Positions 62,115-64,000 of a stretch of DNA of 64,000 nucleotides are shown in pieces (the first letter of the stretch is position 1; the number at the start of each line of letters is the position of its first letter). Below the pieces are notes generated by a model, which ran no database searches, was not told the DNA's origin, and saw nothing but the letters and a program-made list of their open reading frames with translations. The position numbers were made by a program, and so were the translations under genes. The stretch comes from Candidatus Eiseniibacteriota bacterium (GTDB taxonomy: Bacteria > Eisenbacteria > RBG-16-71-46 > JABDJR01): contig CAWANH010000028.1 in NCBI GenBank assembly GCA_963783375.1, positions 160,001-224,000 on the forward strand, written 5' to 3'.

Positions 62115-63413
62115 CTAGAACCCGAACCCGGGACGGCGGGGCCCGCCGCCGCCGCCCCCGCCCCCGAAGGGGGTGGTGGAGGTCGCGGTCTCGGAGGCCT
62201 TCCCGGTCAGGATCCCCGCGATCACCTGCATGCCTTCCTGCAACCGCGGCCCGGTGATCTCGGTGAGCTGGCCGTTGGTGAGGCCGGTCTTGACCCGCAG
62301 GACCGCGAGCTCCCCCTTGTCGTCCACGTAGTAGAGGGCGGCCATGTCCGAGGCGCCGCTCCGGCCCGACCCCGCCGGCATCGCGCCCCGGGCTTCGGCG
62401 CCCGCGCCGCCCCGGGCCGCCCGGCGCGCCGCCCACGCGGTGGAGTCGCCCCCACCCCGGGTCCGGCGCTCCTCCATGCGATTCCTGAGCTCGGCGATCA
62501 TCTCCTCGGTGGGGCGGAAGCGGAGCGCGGCGTTGGAGACGGTGAGCACGTCGCGGGCCTCCCCCACCACGAAGTCCACGGTGGCGGTCATCCCCGGAAG
62601 GAGGATGTGGTCCGGGTTGGCCACGTCCACCACCACGGTGTAGGTGACCACGTTGTCCACGGTGGTGGACTGGAGCCGGACCTGGCGGACGGTGCCGGTG
62701 AAGGTCCGGGTGGGGTAGGCCTGCACGGTGAACCGCGCGGTCTGCCCATCGTGGATCTGGCCGATGTCGCTTTCGTCGACCGCGGCCAGCATCTGCATCT
62801 TGGAAAGATCGTTGGCGATCAGGAAGAGCCGCGGGGCGGAGAGGCTCGCGGCCACGGTCTGCCCTACGTCCACGTCCCGCTCGATCACCGTGCCGGAGAT
62901 GGGGGTGGTGATGGTGGCGTAGGCCAGGTTCCGCCGGGCCCGGTCGAGCCCGATCCTGGCCGACTGCACCCCGGTCCGGGCGGTCTCCACCGCGAACTGC
63001 GCGTTCTTCTGTTCGTTCTGGCTCACCAGCTCGCGGCCGTAGAGCGAGTCCGCCTGCACGAGGTCCCGATTCGCCTGGGAGTAGGCGACGTTGGCCCGGT
63101 CGAGGCTCGCCTCGGCATCGCGGACGGCGATGGCCAGGAGGGTGGTGTCGATCCGGGCGACCACCTGGCCCGCCTTCACCTGGTCATTGAAGTCGGCGTA
63201 GATCCGGGAGATGATGCCGGAGACCTGGGTCCCGACCTCGACGGTCTCCACCGCCTGAAGCGTTCCGGTGCTCGAGATCACCGCCTCCACGTCGCCCTTG
63301 GCCACCGGCACGAGTCGATAGGAGCCGCCGGCCGATGCGCTTCGCCCGTGGAGGATCAGGTACCCTCCAGCGGCGACGACGAGCACGACGACGGCAATGA
63401 TGATGCGTTTCAT
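62115..63413 (-). CDS. MacA-like periplasmic adaptor
   Basis: MKRIII TM segment; VEVGTQVSG..DFNDQVKAGQ; PISGTVI..GQTVAASL; VDESDIG; LLPGMTA. Confidence 0.92.
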   Translation of the reverse strand: MKRIIIAVVVLVVAAGGYLILHGRSASAGGSYRLVPVAKGDVEAVISSTGTLQAVETVEVGTQVSGIISRIYADFNDQVKAGQVVARIDTTLLAIAVRDAEASLDRANVAYSQANRDLVQADSLYGRELVSQNEQKNAQFAVETARTGVQSARIGLDRARRNLAYATITTPISGTVIERDVDVGQTVAASLSAPRLFLIANDLSKMQMLAAVDESDIGQIHDGQTARFTVQAYPTRTFTGTVRQVRLQSTTVDNVVTYTVVVDVANPDHILLPGMTATVDFVVGEARDVLTVSNAALRFRPTEEMIAELRNRMEERRTRGGGDSTAWAARRAARGGAGAEARGAMPAGSGRSGASDMAALYYVDDKGELAVLRVKTGLTNGQLTEITGPRLQEGMQVIAGILTGKASETATSTTPFGGGGGGGGPRRPGFGF

Positions 63414-63663
63414 GATCTGGTCCCCTCCAGGACGCTCGGGTTTCCGGGGGACCGGTGGGGGCGGCGCCTCTCCTCCGGTCCGGTCATCCCACCAAACGCG
63501 GCAGACGGCGGACTCCTGCGGTCTATTTTCCAGTCGCGGCCCCGGTTTGACCGCCCTCCGGGGCTCTCCTAGTATCCCCGGACGGGATCCACGACTCACT
63601 CAACCTTCTGAAAAGATTCGACTTAACATTTGTCCGCAGGATATCGGCGGGACGGGCGTTGGG

Positions 63664-64000
63664 GTGCTTGAGCCGGCGCCGCCCGCCCGGTTGATACCTG
63701 CGCGGGCGGGGGATCCGGCGACGACGGTCGATGACGACCTTCTCATGGAGCGCATCGCGCGCGGCGACGAGGCCGCCTTCCGCGCCCTGGTGGAGCGGTG
63801 GGAGCGGCCGGTGTTCGCGTTCCTGGCCCGGATGCTCGGCTCCCGCGAAGAAGCCCAGGATCTGGCCCAGGAGACCTTTCTCCGGGTATACGGGAGTGCG
63901 GGGCGCTACCGGGGTTCGGGGCGATTCAAGAGCTGGCTCTTCCGGATCGCGGGGAACCAGGCGCGAAGCCGGCTCCGGCGGCGGAAGGTGCTGAGCTGGG
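63664..64000 (+). CDS. ECF sigma-70 factor (3' partial; start uncertain)
   Basis: Hand translation: DDDLLMERIARGDEAAFRALVERW..AQDLAQETFLRV..FKSWLFRIAGN. Confidence 0.88.
   Translation, partial: MLEPAPPARLIPARAGDPATTVDDDLLMERIARGDEAAFRALVERWERPVFAFLARMLGSREEAQDLAQETFLRVYGSAGRYRGSGRFKSWLFRIAGNQARSRLRRRKVLSW

Overview
GC-rich bacterial chromosomal segment. FlgD-Ig/T9SS-like C-terminal domains, a PorV-like barrel and a PEP-CTERM protein suggest an FCB-group candidate lineage such as Eisenbacteria or Krumholzibacteriota (inference). Left to right: a Zn-ribbon protein; a PorV-like barrel-TSP3-OmpA fusion downstream of a ~5060-aa secreted Ig-repeat protein with a long structured leader; ychF, tRNA-Lys, purA, serA and a class V aminotransferase; a sigma54-type PEP-CTERM gene; tRNA-Leu-tig-clpP-clpX-lon; an hbd-crotonase-thiolase-leuB-like cluster; an HNH endonuclease element; a single-operon type IV pilus cluster with many indels; rluB; a lipoprotein hydrolase; a glycoside-hydrolase-like/FN3/CTD protein; dinB; a MacAB-like efflux system; and a partial ECF sigma factor. 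The best candidate for an undescribed system is the HNH gene. It has its own promoter and is bracketed by oppositely oriented arrays of one palindrome-cored motif (CCCCGGGGAAGC): 6 x 36-bp units in its 3' end and 4 x 278-bp hairpin-rich units upstream. A solo copy of the motif lies 20 kb away. The giant surface protein with its adjacent PorV-OmpA partner is the second candidate. All calls come from reading the sequence by eye; no searches were run.
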